DNA of 64,000 bases, taken from the NCBI GenBank assembly GCA_964016885.1, contig OZ024747.1, forward strand, positions 51,274,001-51,338,000, read 5' to 3'. Numbering within the stretch: position 1 is the first letter of the stretch; each line of letters starts with the position of its first letter. The notes beneath the pieces were generated by a model, which did no database searches, was not told where the DNA came from, and saw only the letters and a program-made list of their open reading frames with translations. Position numbers and translations under genes: made by a program. This document shows, in pieces, positions 1 through 12,632 of this stretch. The DNA is from Eledone cirrhosa (Eukaryota).

Positions 1-626
1 GCCGTTGTTGCTGCTGCTGCTGTGTTGTAGTGGTTGTTGTTGTTGTTGTAGTAGTGGTTGTTGTTGTTGTTATTGTTGTTGTTGTTGTTGTAGTGGTTGT
101 TGTTGTTGTTATTGTTGCTGCCGTTGTTGCTGCTGCTGCTGTGTTGTAGTGGTTGTTGTTGTTGTTGTTGTAGTAGTTGTTGTTGTTGTTGTTGTTATTG
201 TTGTTGTTGTAGTGGTTGTTGTTGTTGTTATTGTTGCTGCCGTTGTTGCTACTGCTGTTCCTGCTGTTGTTGTTGCTGTTGTTGTGGTTGTTTTTGTTGT
301 TGTTATTGTTGCTGCCGTTGTTGCTGCTGCTGCTGTGTTGTAGTGATTGTTGTTGTTGTTGTAGTAGTGGTTGTTGTTGTTGTTGTTATTGTTGTTGTTG
401 TTGTAGTGGTTGTTGTTGTTGTTATTGTTGCTGCCGTTGTTGCTGCTGCTGCTGTGCTGTAGTGGTTGTTGTTGTTGTTGTAGTAGTGGTTGTTGTTGTT
501 GTTGTTATTGTTGTTGTTGTTGTAGTGGTTGTTGTTGTTGTTATTGTTGCTGCCGTTGTTGCTACTGCTGTTCCTGCTGTTGTTGCTGTTGTTGGGGTTG
601 TTTTTGTTGTTGTTATTGTTGCTGCC

Positions 627-663
<37 letters not shown>

Positions 664-808
664 TTGCTGTTGTTGTTGTTGTTGTGGTTGTTTTTGTTGT
701 TGTTTTTGTTGCTGCCGCTGTTGCTGCTGCTGTTGAGGCTGTTTTTGTTGCTATTGTTGTTGTTGTTGCTGTTGTGGTTGTTTTTGTTGTTGTTATTGTT
801 GCTGCCGC

Positions 809-843
<35 letters not shown>

Positions 844-991
844 TTGCTGTTGTTGCTGTTGTTGTGGTTGTTTTTGTTGTTGTTATTGTTGCTGCCGCTG
901 TTGCTGCTGCTGTTGAGGCTGTTTTTGTTGCTGTTGTTGTTGTTGTTGCTGTTGTGGTTGTTTTTGTTGTTGTTATTGTTGCTGCCGCTTC

Positions 992-1023
<32 letters not shown>

Positions 1024-1442
1024 TTGTTGTTGTTGCTGTGGTTGTTTTTGTTGTTGTTATTGTTGCTGCCGCTGTTGCTGCTGCTGTTGAGGCTGTTTTT
1101 GTTGCTGCTGGTGCTGTTGTTGTTGTCGTTACTGTTGTTGTAGTTGTTGTTGTCGTTGTCGTTGTCGTTGTTGTTGTTGTTGTTGCTTTTTGTTGTTGTT
1201 GTTGTTGTTTTCATTGCTGTTGTTGTTGCTATTGTTGTGGCTGGTGTGGTTACTGTTGTTGTTGCTCTTGTTGCTGCTCTTGCTGATGCTGCTGCTCTGC
1301 TGCTGCTGTTGTTGCTGCTGTTGTCGCTTTTGTTGTTGCTTTTGTTGTTGCTGCTGTTGTTGTCGATGTTGTTGCTGTTGTTGTTGTTGTTGTTGTCGTC
1401 GCTGTTGTTGCTGTTGTGTTGTTGTCGCTGTTGTTGCTGCTT

Positions 1443-1486
<44 letters not shown>

Positions 1487-1795
1487 ACTAATGTGGATAC
1501 TGTTGTTGTTGTTGCTGTTGTCGCTGTTGTAATTGCTGTTGTTACTGCTGCTTTTGTTGTTGATGTTGCTGCTGTTGTTATTGCTGATGTTGCTGCTGAT
1601 GTTGCTGCTGATGTTGCTGCTGTTGTTACTGCTGCTTTTGTTGCTGATGTTGCTGCTGTTGTTATTGCTGATGTTGCTGCTGATGTTGCTGCTGTTGTTA
1701 TTGCTGTTGTTGCTGCTGATGTTGCTGCTGTTGTTATTGCTGTTGTTGCTGCTGATCTTTCTGCTGATGTTGTTGCTGATGTTGCTGCTGCTGTT
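1..1795. repeat. Compound trinucleotide satellite (GTT/GCT/GAT)n with higher-order units
   Basis: Continuous gtt/gct triplets with recurring units such as gttattgttgctgccg; the poly-V/L/C/N ORFs are artefacts. Confidence 0.95.
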
Positions 1796-2298
1796 TATGA
1801 ACACCGACGTGGGATTATATATTTTAATAACGGTAGTAATATTATAGAAACAGGAGAGGTAGAGGCGAAGGAAAGTGATAGATAATGTGAGTGTGGTGTG
1901 GTGTGGTAGGTGAGTGGTCAACTGATGGTCAGCACAATACTGGGGCCATAATACACAACATCACTGGACATTATCCATATTATTTCCTTTGTTCTCATTC
2001 AATTCGAAATCTTTTTTGTTTTAGTTTTTGATCTTGTTTTTGTGTTATTTTATGGGGTTTTTTTCTTTCAAAGAAAGAATTAATATTGTTTTATTGTTTA
2101 TTTCTGTTTTACTTTTTTATAATTTTTATTTGTTACCCTTTCTTGTCTCACCATATTGAATCTCATTCACATCTCTACATCTCTCTATATTTATCTCTCT
2201 TTACATCCTCACTCTATCTTTCTCCTTCTCCCTCTTTGCCTCTTTCCCAACTCTCACTCACTCTGTGCCACACACCTTCTCTTTCTCTCTCTCAGTTT

Positions 2299-2352
<54 letters not shown>

Positions 2353-2707
2353 CCCTCTCTCTCTCTCTCTTTCTCTCTTCCTTTGTCTCTTTCCATTTTT
2401 ATATGATTTCCGCATTGTTTCATTTTCACTTTTTTCCTGTATCGAGTTATCTCATTCTGACTTTCTGTCCAACACGTACGCACTAATGTCCACACAAAAA
2501 CACACGCCTTCGTTCACACACACACACACGCAAAGACACACAGACACTCACAGTGGTATATACATAGAAACTTATAACTATCTATCTACGTAAGTGTCCG
2601 CATAAACGTACCGAATATTTTGGTGCATAAAACACACTTATTTACCCAAAGATTGGGTGTCAAAATCCGCTTGTGTCCCTTACACCAAAGGTTTGATTAC
2701 AATTATG

Positions 2708-2746
<39 letters not shown>

Positions 2747-2749
<3 letters not shown>

Positions 2750-2934
2750 CAAGTAAGACCCCGACGGCTGAGCTCAAGCCGTTTCGACGGCTAATTCTGG
2801 ACTGAATTAGCCGTCGAAACGGCTTGAGCTCAGCCGTCGGGGTCTTACTTGTTCCTATTACCCACTCTACTACCCTAAGTATTGAGTACTTTGGTGCGTT
2901 ATGGTCCACCTGGTTCCTTACCACATTTCCTTCG

Positions 2935-2936
<2 letters not shown>
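2747..2936 (+). mobile_element. Palindromic PLE-like terminal element in (TA)n (family A)
   Basis: 51-bp perfect arms 2747-2797/2804-2854 with loop tggact; HHR 3' half GAAACGGC-ttgagctca-GCCGTC; tail to 2936; (TA)n on both sides; further copies at 56195 and 59145. Confidence 0.8.
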
Positions 2937-3004
<68 letters not shown>

Positions 3005-3424
3005 TTGTATGTGTGTGTATGCACCTAATAATAACCAATTTAAGCTTCTTTTCTTAAAATACTTACAACCGTATAACTTTTAATATTATTTCCAGAGAGA
3101 GGGTTGTGAATTCGCGTAATTATTAGAGTGCCGGTTAACATTTTATTGCGATATATCTGTTGGTTATTTACATTCTGTTTTCACATCCCGTCAATATCAA
3201 CTTTGTCTTTCATTCATCCGATGTCCAAAAAATAATATACCAGCCATATGCTGGAGACTTTCCCTCGAATTTTACCTCCGTTTTGTCTTTCCCTCAAATT
3301 TGTTGGCCTTGTTTTTTTTAAATTAAAAATCAATAATTCCAGTAACATTCCTTTTAGAGTTGATTCTATAATAATTTTACACATAAATTTTGTATATTAT
3401 TGATATTCATGGCGTGATATTCAA

Positions 3425-3613
3425 GGCGGTGGATTGGCAGTATCGGTAGAGTGTCGGACGCCATGCTTTCCAGCATAGTTACGTCCCTTTACGATCTGAG
3501 TTCAAATCCCGCCGAGGTTGACTTTGCCTTTCATCCTTACGGGGTCGATAAAATAAAGTACCAGTAATGTACTGGGGAATTGCTGGCCTTGTGCCTAAAA
3601 TAGAAACAATTAT
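3425..3613 (+). mobile_element. tRNA-derived SINE with Nin/Deu-like domain (octopus-type)
   Basis: A-box-like tggcagtatcggt, B-box gagttcaaatccc, core gcctttcatccttacggggtcgataaaataaagtacc; ttattgatattca on both sides; more than 10 copies in the window. Confidence 0.9.
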
Positions 3614-4141
3614 TGATATTCATTGACGTAGATAGAACGTGTGCCGCCCTAGATGCCAACTTAGTTGCCACAATTCACGAAAAAACACATTGTAGTTGAC
3701 CAAACATGCTGCACTCTCCAAAGTACCACCCGAGGAAGTCTGCCACCTTCTTACCCGCTTAGTTACGAAACTGTTCGTATTGCTGCAGATTCTCGACTAA
3801 AACATGAGATCAAAGTAGTTTTCTATAATAGATAACATTAGAAGATTGATTCTGTCCAGATCAAAATGGCTGACATATTCTAGTGAATCAATCGAGGACG
3901 TTGTGGAGGGAAATGTTCAGTGAAAACAGTGACATTGCTAATCACAGTGTAATAATGTATCTTGTAAAACGTCTGTATCCTTTTAGTGTTTGTTTTTTTG
4001 TAGATATCAAATTGGTTTTATATGTAATTGGCACATACGTATATGTATATGTATATATGAATATATATGCGTGTATATATATTTGACTATGTCTCTCTAT
4101 CACTCCCACCCCTCTCTCTCTCTCTATCTATCTATCTATCC

Positions 4142-4224
<83 letters not shown>

Positions 4225-4225
4225 C

Positions 4226-4279
<54 letters not shown>

Positions 4280-4287
4280 CTCCCTCC

Positions 4288-4338
<51 letters not shown>

Positions 4339-4715
4339 GATTGTAACAAGAATACAGAATTGATCAAAATCGATTTAGCAAACAGGTTTACGAGAGAAAA
4401 AAAAAATCATTTCTGAAAATGAGATATATTTCATTTGATTTAATTTAAGAAAAACATCTTCTGGCATCGTTTGACCATCCTATTTACTTCTACATAATCC
4501 GTATTGTTCTCAAATAGCTGTTTGCTTGTACAAAGACATATGTATACCACTACTAATGGGGAACTACATTCATATGTAGAATTCACGTACAAACGTCTGT
4601 TTGGTTAAAGAATTGGCTTGGAAACCTACTGATTTCGGTATCAATCCCAATCCCAGGGCATGGCAGTTTGGGCAAGGGACCATAGAAATAGGAGTGGAAT
4701 TTAGTCGGTCGACTG

Positions 4716-4804
<89 letters not shown>

Positions 4805-5016
4805 TTGGAGCTCTGAAATAGCAATATATATATGGATGTATATATAATGTATTTTGCAATACACTTTATGCTTAATTAAAAGCATTTTGAAGACCGTATG
4901 CTATTGTTTTAGAGTAGTGACAAATTCACTTACTTTAATCTCAGCAAACAGGGGAGATAAGCCGACAAGACCTTGTTTCGCATTTATTGATGCTTATCAA
5001 GGCTGTTGTTTTTTCA

Positions 5017-5482
5017 TATTTGAATTTCTTTTTACTTAAAAAAAGGGGGGCTCACGAAGGCTTTTTTTTAATAAACGTAATTGATTGGTTATAAATGAAA
5101 TTACGGCTGTCACGTGAACAAGTTTTCATTAAATATTCGCGCCCTTATTTGGAAATCTATTCTGTAGCCTATTTAGAGAATTTTATGACAAGTAAAAGAC
5201 AATGGTCAAGAGAAATTGGATGGGAGAATTGTTCTGGTTCAGTGAATATGGTTAGTTCGCTTGGGTGTCAGAATTCAGATTTTCTATTGAATAAAGAGAG
5301 TAAAGATATGTATGTTTATGTGTGTGCTTGTGTGTGTTGTGTGTTTTGTGTGTGTATTTGAATTTCTTTTTACTTTAAAAAAAGGAGGGCTCACGTAGGC
5401 TTTTTTTAATAAACGTAATTTGATTGGTTAAAAATGAAATTATGGCTGTCATGTGAACAAGTTTTCATTAAATTTTCGCGCC
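5017..5482. repeat. Two ~125-bp direct repeats (5017-5143, 5355-5482)
   Basis: tatttgaatttctttttact...cgcgcc occurs twice with a few substitutions. Confidence 0.85.
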
Positions 5483-5557
5483 GTTATATATATATATATA
5501 TATATATATGCATATATATATATGTGTGTGTGTGCGTGTGTGTGTGCGCGTGCGAGT

Positions 5558-5735
5558 CCCGGGTTCAATCGGGGGTAACCAGAGTAAGTAAGGAACTCAA
5601 TACATTAGTAGAGTAAAGACAACAAATTTAATAGAGAAATGGCTTCTAAAGGACTAGAACTATTTCGTTCGAAAGAAATCATCAGGAATGAAACACTTCT
5701 GGTCCTGTAAAAGCCATTTCTATATGATATCTTAT
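5558..5735 (-). mobile_element. Imperfect palindromic PLE-like terminus (family C)
   Basis: Arms tagagaaatggcttctaaaggactagaac / cttctggtcctgtaaaagccatttctata; GAAAC..GTC half-HHR; homologous to 13058-13192 and 56415-56550. Confidence 0.65.
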
Positions 5736-5757
5736 ATATATACATATATATATGCAT

Positions 5758-5798
<41 letters not shown>

Positions 5799-5809
5799 TA
5801 AATATATAT

Positions 5810-5863
<54 letters not shown>

Positions 5864-6036
5864 TATTGTGACAAAGAAAAATATTAATTGAAACATCGAA
5901 AGAAATATATGAAGTTACAAAGTTAAGATGATAGTGCATGGCAAAATAAAGCAAGAATGAAAAGTATATATGAATACACAAACAGATAAACAGATACACA
6001 CATACACATGGGTATATGTACGCGCACACACACAAA

Positions 6037-6106
<70 letters not shown>

Positions 6107-6134
6107 CATTCGTGTGTGTTCGTGTGTGTACGTA

Positions 6135-6238
6135 TACAGAGAAATACATGGGAGTAGGGGAGATAGGTAAAACATAAGGAGTTGGATAGATAATAGCTTA
6201 AGAAAGACAGCTTGTGTTCGGTGTTTGTGTGCCGCCAT
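6135..6238 (-). CDS. Possible first coding exon with signal-peptide-like N-terminus (unverified)
   Basis: acaaagATGGCGGC context; MAAHKHRTQAVFLKLLSIQLLMFYLSPLLPCISL; CCGGAAG motif upstream; no clear splice donor or downstream exon identified. Confidence 0.2.
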
Positions 6239-6478
6239 CTTTGTATTCATTAGAAGACTGTATGTGAGTCTTGTTAGACGGCTAAGTGGAAAGACCGGAT
6301 GCAAGGAAGTAGATGAGCAGTTGTCCTTCCGGTTTCTTGCAATAGGGAAGTTTCCATGGTTCATTGGAGATATAATGACGGCAGAATGGATGACAAGACA
6401 AGACGGAGAGAGAGAAAGTCAGAGACAGACTGTAAAATGGAGAGGAAAATAGACATACAAACACACAGACAGAGTGAA

Positions 6479-6520
<42 letters not shown>

Positions 6521-6869
6521 AGGGGTATAGAGATAGACGAATAATGTGAAAGAAGAAGAGGGGGAGCTAGAAAAACAGAGTGACAGAGAGAGAGAGAGGG
6601 AAAGTGTCAGTGCAACAGACACAGCCAGACAGTTAATGAACCAGAGAGGGGGGGGGGGGATAGGAAAAGTTAGAGATAATGACTGAGTGAGAAAGACAAA
6701 GATAGATCGGGAGAAAAAGGTAAACGGAGAGAGGGGAAGAGAAGGAGAAACGGATAGAGAGGCAGTTACGTAGAGTGAGAGTGAGAATAAGAGAGGAAAT
6801 GAGGGAGAATGTGGTGAGAGATGGGGTGGGGGGGGTGACACTGTGGCTAATGATCCTCCTCCACTCTCA

Positions 6870-7495
6870 CAACCTCCACTGCTGCCGCCATCACCACCAT
6901 GACTACCACCAACAGAAACATCCCCACCACCACCTCCACCACCTCCACCAGCGCCGCCACCAACAGAACCATCACCACCACCACCACCACCTCCACCAGC
7001 GCCGCCACCAGCGCCGCCACCAGCGCCACCACCAGCACATCTAACACCACCACCGCCACCACTGCCGCCGCCATCACCACCATGACTACCACCAATAGAA
7101 CCATCACCATTTCCGCCACCACTACAACTAACACCACCACCACCTATACCACCGCATCTACCACCACCACCACCAACACCACTGCCACCGCCATCACCTC
7201 GATGACTACCACCAACAGAACCATCACCACCACCACCACCACCACCACATCTACCACTACCGCCACTTCCGCCGCCACTGCCACCGCCATCACCTCGATG
7301 ACTACCACCAACAGAACCACCATCACATCTACCACCACCGCAGCCACCACCACTACTACCGCCACTGCCGCCGCCGCCATCACCACGACGACTACCACCA
7401 ACAGAACCATCACCACTACCATCACCACCACATATACCATCACAACTACCACCACCACCACTACTGACACCACTGCCACCTCCACTACCATCCTT
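6870..7495. repeat. (ACC)n-derived compound repeat
   Basis: Recurring unit gccatcaccaccatgactaccaccaacagaacc. Confidence 0.85.
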
Positions 7496-7914
7496 ATTTG
7501 AAGCAGCATGTTGAAATTAGTAGTTAAATCTCCCGCAAATCATGGAGTACCGTTTTAAGAAAAGACAACCTGGATAACGTGATTTTGTGACCTAAGGACA
7601 TTGAATTAAAATGGGACGGTCAGGACTGGAGTGGCTTTCATGACAGATTTGCTCAATCAGGGTTGATCTGAGGCTAAAACACTTGAGCAAGTAGGACACC
7701 TCCAATAACAATATATTTGCCATAGATAACACCAACAACAGCCATGAATGCCATTACTACCACTACTACATCCACTGCCGCCACCACCACCACCACCACC
7801 ACCACCACCACCACCACCACCACCACCACCACCACCACCACCACCGCCACGACCATCACCACTATCTGTCTATCTATCTTTCTATTCATTTATTTATATA
7901 GAGAGAAAGAAAGA

Positions 7915-8024
7915 AAGATAGACAGATAGATAGATAGATAGATATATTTCTTTATTTGCCACAAGGGCGCACAAGAAAAGATAGATAGATAGATAGATAG
8001 GTAGATAGATAGATAGATAGATAT

Positions 8025-8072
<48 letters not shown>

Positions 8073-8165
8073 GTAGATAGATTTCTTTATTAGCCACAAG
8101 GGCGCAACAAGAAAGGGGACAATACAAAGACATGCCGGGGATTTTACATACAGTCGTGTAAAAAA
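7915..8165 (-). mobile_element. (GATA)n tract with two extreme 3' remnants of the Tx1-like LINE
   Basis: ttctttatttgccacaagggcgc (~7947) and ttctttattagccacaagggcgc...gacatgccgggga (~8083) are reverse complements of the LINE 3' end type seen at 11250-11276 and 21260-21335. Confidence 0.75.
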
Positions 8166-8199
8166 TATAAAAAATAGATAGATAGATAGATAGATAGAT

Positions 8200-8770
8200 A
8201 GATCTATCTACCTATATATCTATCTATCTATCTATCCGTCATCATCATCATCGTCATCGCAAACGCAAAACACCATCACATTCAATGACATCATTATTGT
8301 CATCGTCATCATTATCTTCATAATTGTCATCACCATTTGCAGCATTGTCGTCTTCGTCGACGACGTTGATTTTGTCGTCCTCTCTACCACCACTACACCA
8401 CCACACCGCCTTCACCACTACCATCACCACCACTACCACCACACCACCACCACCACCACCATCACCACCACCACCACCCTACCACACCACCACCACAGCA
8501 CCTCCACCACTACCATCACCACCACTACCACCACTACCACCACACCACCACCACCATCACCACTAGCACCATCACCACCACCACACTACCACACCACCAC
8601 CACACCACCTCCACCACTACCATCACCACCACTACCACCACTACCACCACACCACCACCACCATCACCACTAGCACCATCACCACCACCACACTACCACA
8701 CCACCACCACACCACCTCCACCACTATCATCACCACCACCACACTGCCACCACCTGCACCACCATCTTTA
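8200..8770. repeat. (CAT)/(ACC)n low-complexity repeat with internal tandem duplication
   Basis: Repeated caccac/ccatca units. Confidence 0.85.
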
Positions 8771-8910
8771 TTTGAACAGCTATTTTAATCACCAAGACAA
8801 AATTTCAGTAAATCCTTTTCTTGCACACTTTAGTTTCATTTGATTCCTCAAGTCTTCAGAAACAACGAATGGATGAAATGAAGAATAGAGAAAGAAAGAA
8901 ACAAAGAAAC

Positions 8911-8953
<43 letters not shown>

Positions 8954-9575
8954 AATAATAAAGAGAAGAAAATAAAATGAAGTATAGTAAAAAAAAAACA
9001 ATAATGTAAACATAAATGTATTCTTTAAAGAAATATATTTCGATTAAAAGAAATAAAGTGAAAGAAATTAAGAAAATAATAAAAAAAAGCAAAGAGAAAA
9101 TATATAGGAAAAAGATAAGTAGAAAGAAGTATTAAGGTAAAATAGAATATAAGATATATGCGAAAGGAGAGAAGGGATTCTTTCCAGTTTAGTTTCACTT
9201 TCATTTTTGATATCAGCTTCGAACTCCCTACCGCGGCTTTCCACTTCAATATGTCTCCCATTTTGTTAAATATCTTTTCTATTCCGCCATTAACTTCCTC
9301 ATTTGCTTTCTCTCCCTCCTTCAATTATTTCTTGTCTATTCACTATTTTTCTCTTTAAATTTTACTTTGTAATGTTGGTGTTATTGTTGTTGTTTTGATG
9401 ATGGTGGTAGTGGTGGTGGTGGTGGTGGAAGTTATTGTTATGATTTCTATTCCTCTCTTTGTCTTTTCGGCTTCTTTTTTCTGTGTTATTTATTTATCTA
9501 TTTTCCGTTTATATCTCTTTACACGCACACACACACACACACACACACACCACACAAATATATATATCCGTTTCA

Positions 9576-9698
<123 letters not shown>

Positions 9699-10194
9699 GA
9701 AGTAAGAGAATATGAGCGAAAGAAAGATAGATATGAAAGTAAATATTTAAAATCAATAAGAATTTCAATGTTTATTTTAATGTGTCTCAAAAATTTGAAT
9801 ATTCGAAGAATATAGTGCAAGTATTTCAAATAATAGATTATTAGAATTTGATATTGGTCATGGAAATTCCCCTGTAAATACCTCATATAATACCCCCCCC
9901 CACGACACACACATACACACTCACCCACACACGCGCAAACACACACATATATATATATGTACATATATGTATACATGTACATATATATATACATATATGT
10001 ATACATTTACATATATATAAAATATATACATACGCACATTCAAATCTGATACTTGGTACTTGATCCACAACTTGATACGTGGTACTTGATCCACAAAACA
10101 TTCTATCAGATTTCAGGGATTAATAATAATACCCCAGTCCGGTAATGGGGCAAATCCTTTCTCTGTATCTATTTCTTACTACACACACTCTCTC

Positions 10195-10240
<46 letters not shown>

Positions 10241-10242
<2 letters not shown>

Positions 10243-11276
10243 CACTCACCGAGCTGCAATCCTGGGTCAAGCAAAGACCGAGAAAACTGGGCGCCTGGCA
10301 CACTGAGTGTGCTCAGGCGCTCACCGCCCTCTGGCAGGCGGATCCGGTTATCAGTGGAGACTCCACCGCAACATTCTATAGAGGGCTGGTACGCAGCATG
10401 TGCGACGACGCCCTCGGAGAAGCCCTAGACATGGAGGAGGACGAACTGGCCAGCCTGTTCGGTAGGACATTCAGCCCGGGACCTATGGACAACTTCCAGA
10501 AGTCCCTGGCCTGGCAGTGCTACAGAGGGGCTTTACCCGTTCGAGAAAGGCTCTACAGACACGGGCGCCCGGGTAGGGACCCCGCCAAAAAGATCTGTCC
10601 CAGATGCGTGTGCGACGAGGAAACCGTTGCACACGCATTGGTACACTGCTCGGGCGTAGCCGATCTGTGGGGCTATGTCGAACAACTGCTGTCAAGGGTG
10701 GGACCGATCCGGTTGACCACCGAGTCTATTGTAATGATCAAGCCGCCTCCCCCCTTCAAAGATGAAGCAGAGGCGGTGTTTCTGTGCGTAATAGCCATGG
10801 CGAAAGAGGTTGTATGGTGGACGCGTCTGAAAGGACTGAGGTCAGGCACCTTTCTCTCTGGCCAACAACTGGTCCGTTTCTTCCGATATCATTTCGGAAG
10901 AAGGATCAGGATGGAGAGAGAGGTGCTGCACCCCAGTCGTTTTTATGAAAGGTGGGTGAAAGTGGCGAGAATGGCCCGTGTGAATGGGCCTTCTCTTTAC
11001 ATAAGCCTGTAGGTGGAAAAGAGGAAGGAACGAGGGAGCACCCCCTCTCTGTGCTCCTGAGGAAAAGGGTTGCACACTTTTTTCGGGGGTGTGTGCGACC
11101 CCCCAAGGCGCCTCCTCTCTATTGAGGATTTTGTTAAAAATTTTATTTTTTGTTATATCTTATTTTATTTTTATATTTTGTTATTGCCTCCTCCTTATTG
11201 AGGACGCCTTTTTGTGTAAACTCCCCCCTTTGTACTTGTCCCACTTTTGATGCCCTAGTGGCAAATAAAAGAAACT
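10241..11276 (+). mobile_element. 5'-truncated Tx1/L1-clade non-LTR retrotransposon inserted in (TATC)n
   Basis: Frame open 10242-11012, encoding the zf-RVT-type C-terminus (WQCYRGALPVRERL..CPRC..EETVAHALVHC); 3' UTR ends aataaaagaaac; tatc repeats on both flanks. Confidence 0.85.
10398..11012 (+). CDS. LINE ORF2 C-terminal fragment (zinc-binding zf-RVT domain)
   Basis: CxxC..ET..H...C motif typical of L1/Tx1 ORF2. Confidence 0.8.
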   Translation: MCDDALGEALDMEEDELASLFGRTFSPGPMDNFQKSLAWQCYRGALPVRERLYRHGRPGRDPAKKICPRCVCDEETVAHALVHCSGVADLWGYVEQLLSRVGPIRLTTESIVMIKPPPPFKDEAEAVFLCVIAMAKEVVWWTRLKGLRSGTFLSGQQLVRFFRYHFGRRIRMEREVLHPSRFYERWVKVARMARVNGPSLYISL

Positions 11277-12193
11277 TATCTATCTATCTCTGGGAGAAAT
11301 GGGCTGTGTTCAGAAGTGGTGTGGTGTTTCAGAAGTGGAGTGGTGTGTTAAGGAGTGGCGTGGTGTTGGGCTACACTAATTCTAATAAGTACCACTACAG
11401 CTCTATCAGAGGTTACCGGTCCATACATATAACTATAGTTTATATTTCAAACTTTGCTACCATTTGACATATTCAAATATCAAAACGTTTCGTGCCTCGG
11501 TGTTCAAGATGTGTGCATGATTAATTGTTTCACTGTCTGATTTGATGTCATAGAAACTACTGAAGCTTGGCAAGTTCAAATATTTTATCTATAATTGATA
11601 AACAAAATAATTAAATTGGTATGTTATTGTTATTTGAAATTTAATTTTTTGATAAATCAATGTAATTATGGAAGCTTCATATCAGAACGCTGGGAATCGA
11701 AAAACCAAATCAATTGTATGAAACGAAAAACGAATTGTTAAACGTTGGAACACACAGAGAATACACAACGTATGTTAATTGTTTGTGCATATAATTAGAG
11801 CCAATAAGAAATCAGGGCAACTGCTCAGGGACTTGAGAGCCAAGAATATTTGACGACCATCTAAAAAATAAAAATATAAATTATCAAGTTCATAAATCGT
11901 ATAAATATTAAGAGAGTAAACCCTCATGTCACCATCAAATGACACGAGAGTAATCGCGTTCTATATTGTAAAATTTACCTCGGAAGCTCCGTACATAATA
12001 GTGTACAATATAGTCATCCAGATACTAAATAGGCGGAGACACGTGGTGATGGATTCAGTCCTGGTGTACGGAAAATTGGACGTCTTCTATGTATTATAGT
12101 CTCAGCTTGACAGTGGGTGAAATTTAGTTGACAGAAATAACAGAAGCCCGCTGTATATATATATATAGAGAGAGAGAGAGTATATATATATAT

Positions 12194-12346
12194 ATAATAT
12201 ATAAGAACAAAAGATGGTTAAAAGAGTTCCATGTATTTTAACCATCTTTTGTTCTTATATATTATGTATACTCCAGTCCTACAAACTGTAGAGTGCGTCT
12301 TATCCGATATCTGCATTGCTTTATTGTACTACAATAAAACTCACCT

Positions 12347-12350
<4 letters not shown>
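12194..12350 (+). mobile_element. Short palindromic PLE-like terminus in (TA)n (family D)
   Basis: ~30-bp arms 12194-12223/12236-12264, then tail ctccagtcctacaaactgtagagtgc...; same sequences recur at 31085-31370. Confidence 0.75.
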
Positions 12351-12425
<75 letters not shown>

Positions 12426-12451
12426 AGTAACACAACAGTGAGTTCACCATA

Positions 12452-12492
12452 CCGAGAACAATTGTTTCACCTTATGCGAATCTTCAGCTCGG
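12452..12492 (-). ncRNA. Minimal type I hammerhead ribozyme (weak stem II)
   Basis: Minus strand: ccgag CTGAAGA ttcgcataaggt GAAA caattg TT ctcgg; stem I ccgag/ctcgg. Confidence 0.65.
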
Positions 12493-12632
12493 ACTGGTCA
12501 TGTTTATACCGTATAACCATGAACTGGGTGGTCTTACACTACGGATATTACCTTCTACGGATATTACCTCTCTCTCTCACTCTCTCTCTCACCCTCTCTC
12601 TCACTCTCTCTCTCTCTATATATATATATATA

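Noticed and set aside
5-1921. Long poly-V/L/C/N/T ORFs
   Set aside because: Trinucleotide repeats are open in several frames on both strands, with no domain or splice evidence.
3425-3515. tRNA gene
   Set aside because: A/B boxes belong to a SINE head; no cloverleaf.
5670-5695. Complete HHR on the minus strand (ctgatga..gaaa)
   Set aside because: No stem I pairing and poor stem II; kept only as a half-motif in family C.
6899-7501. Thr-rich mucin-like ORF
   Set aside because: (ACC)n-derived repeat like others in the window; no flanking exon evidence.
9025-9324. 99-aa ORF with non-repetitive N-terminal half
   Set aside because: No recognisable motif, non-ATG start, and it runs into AT-rich low complexity.
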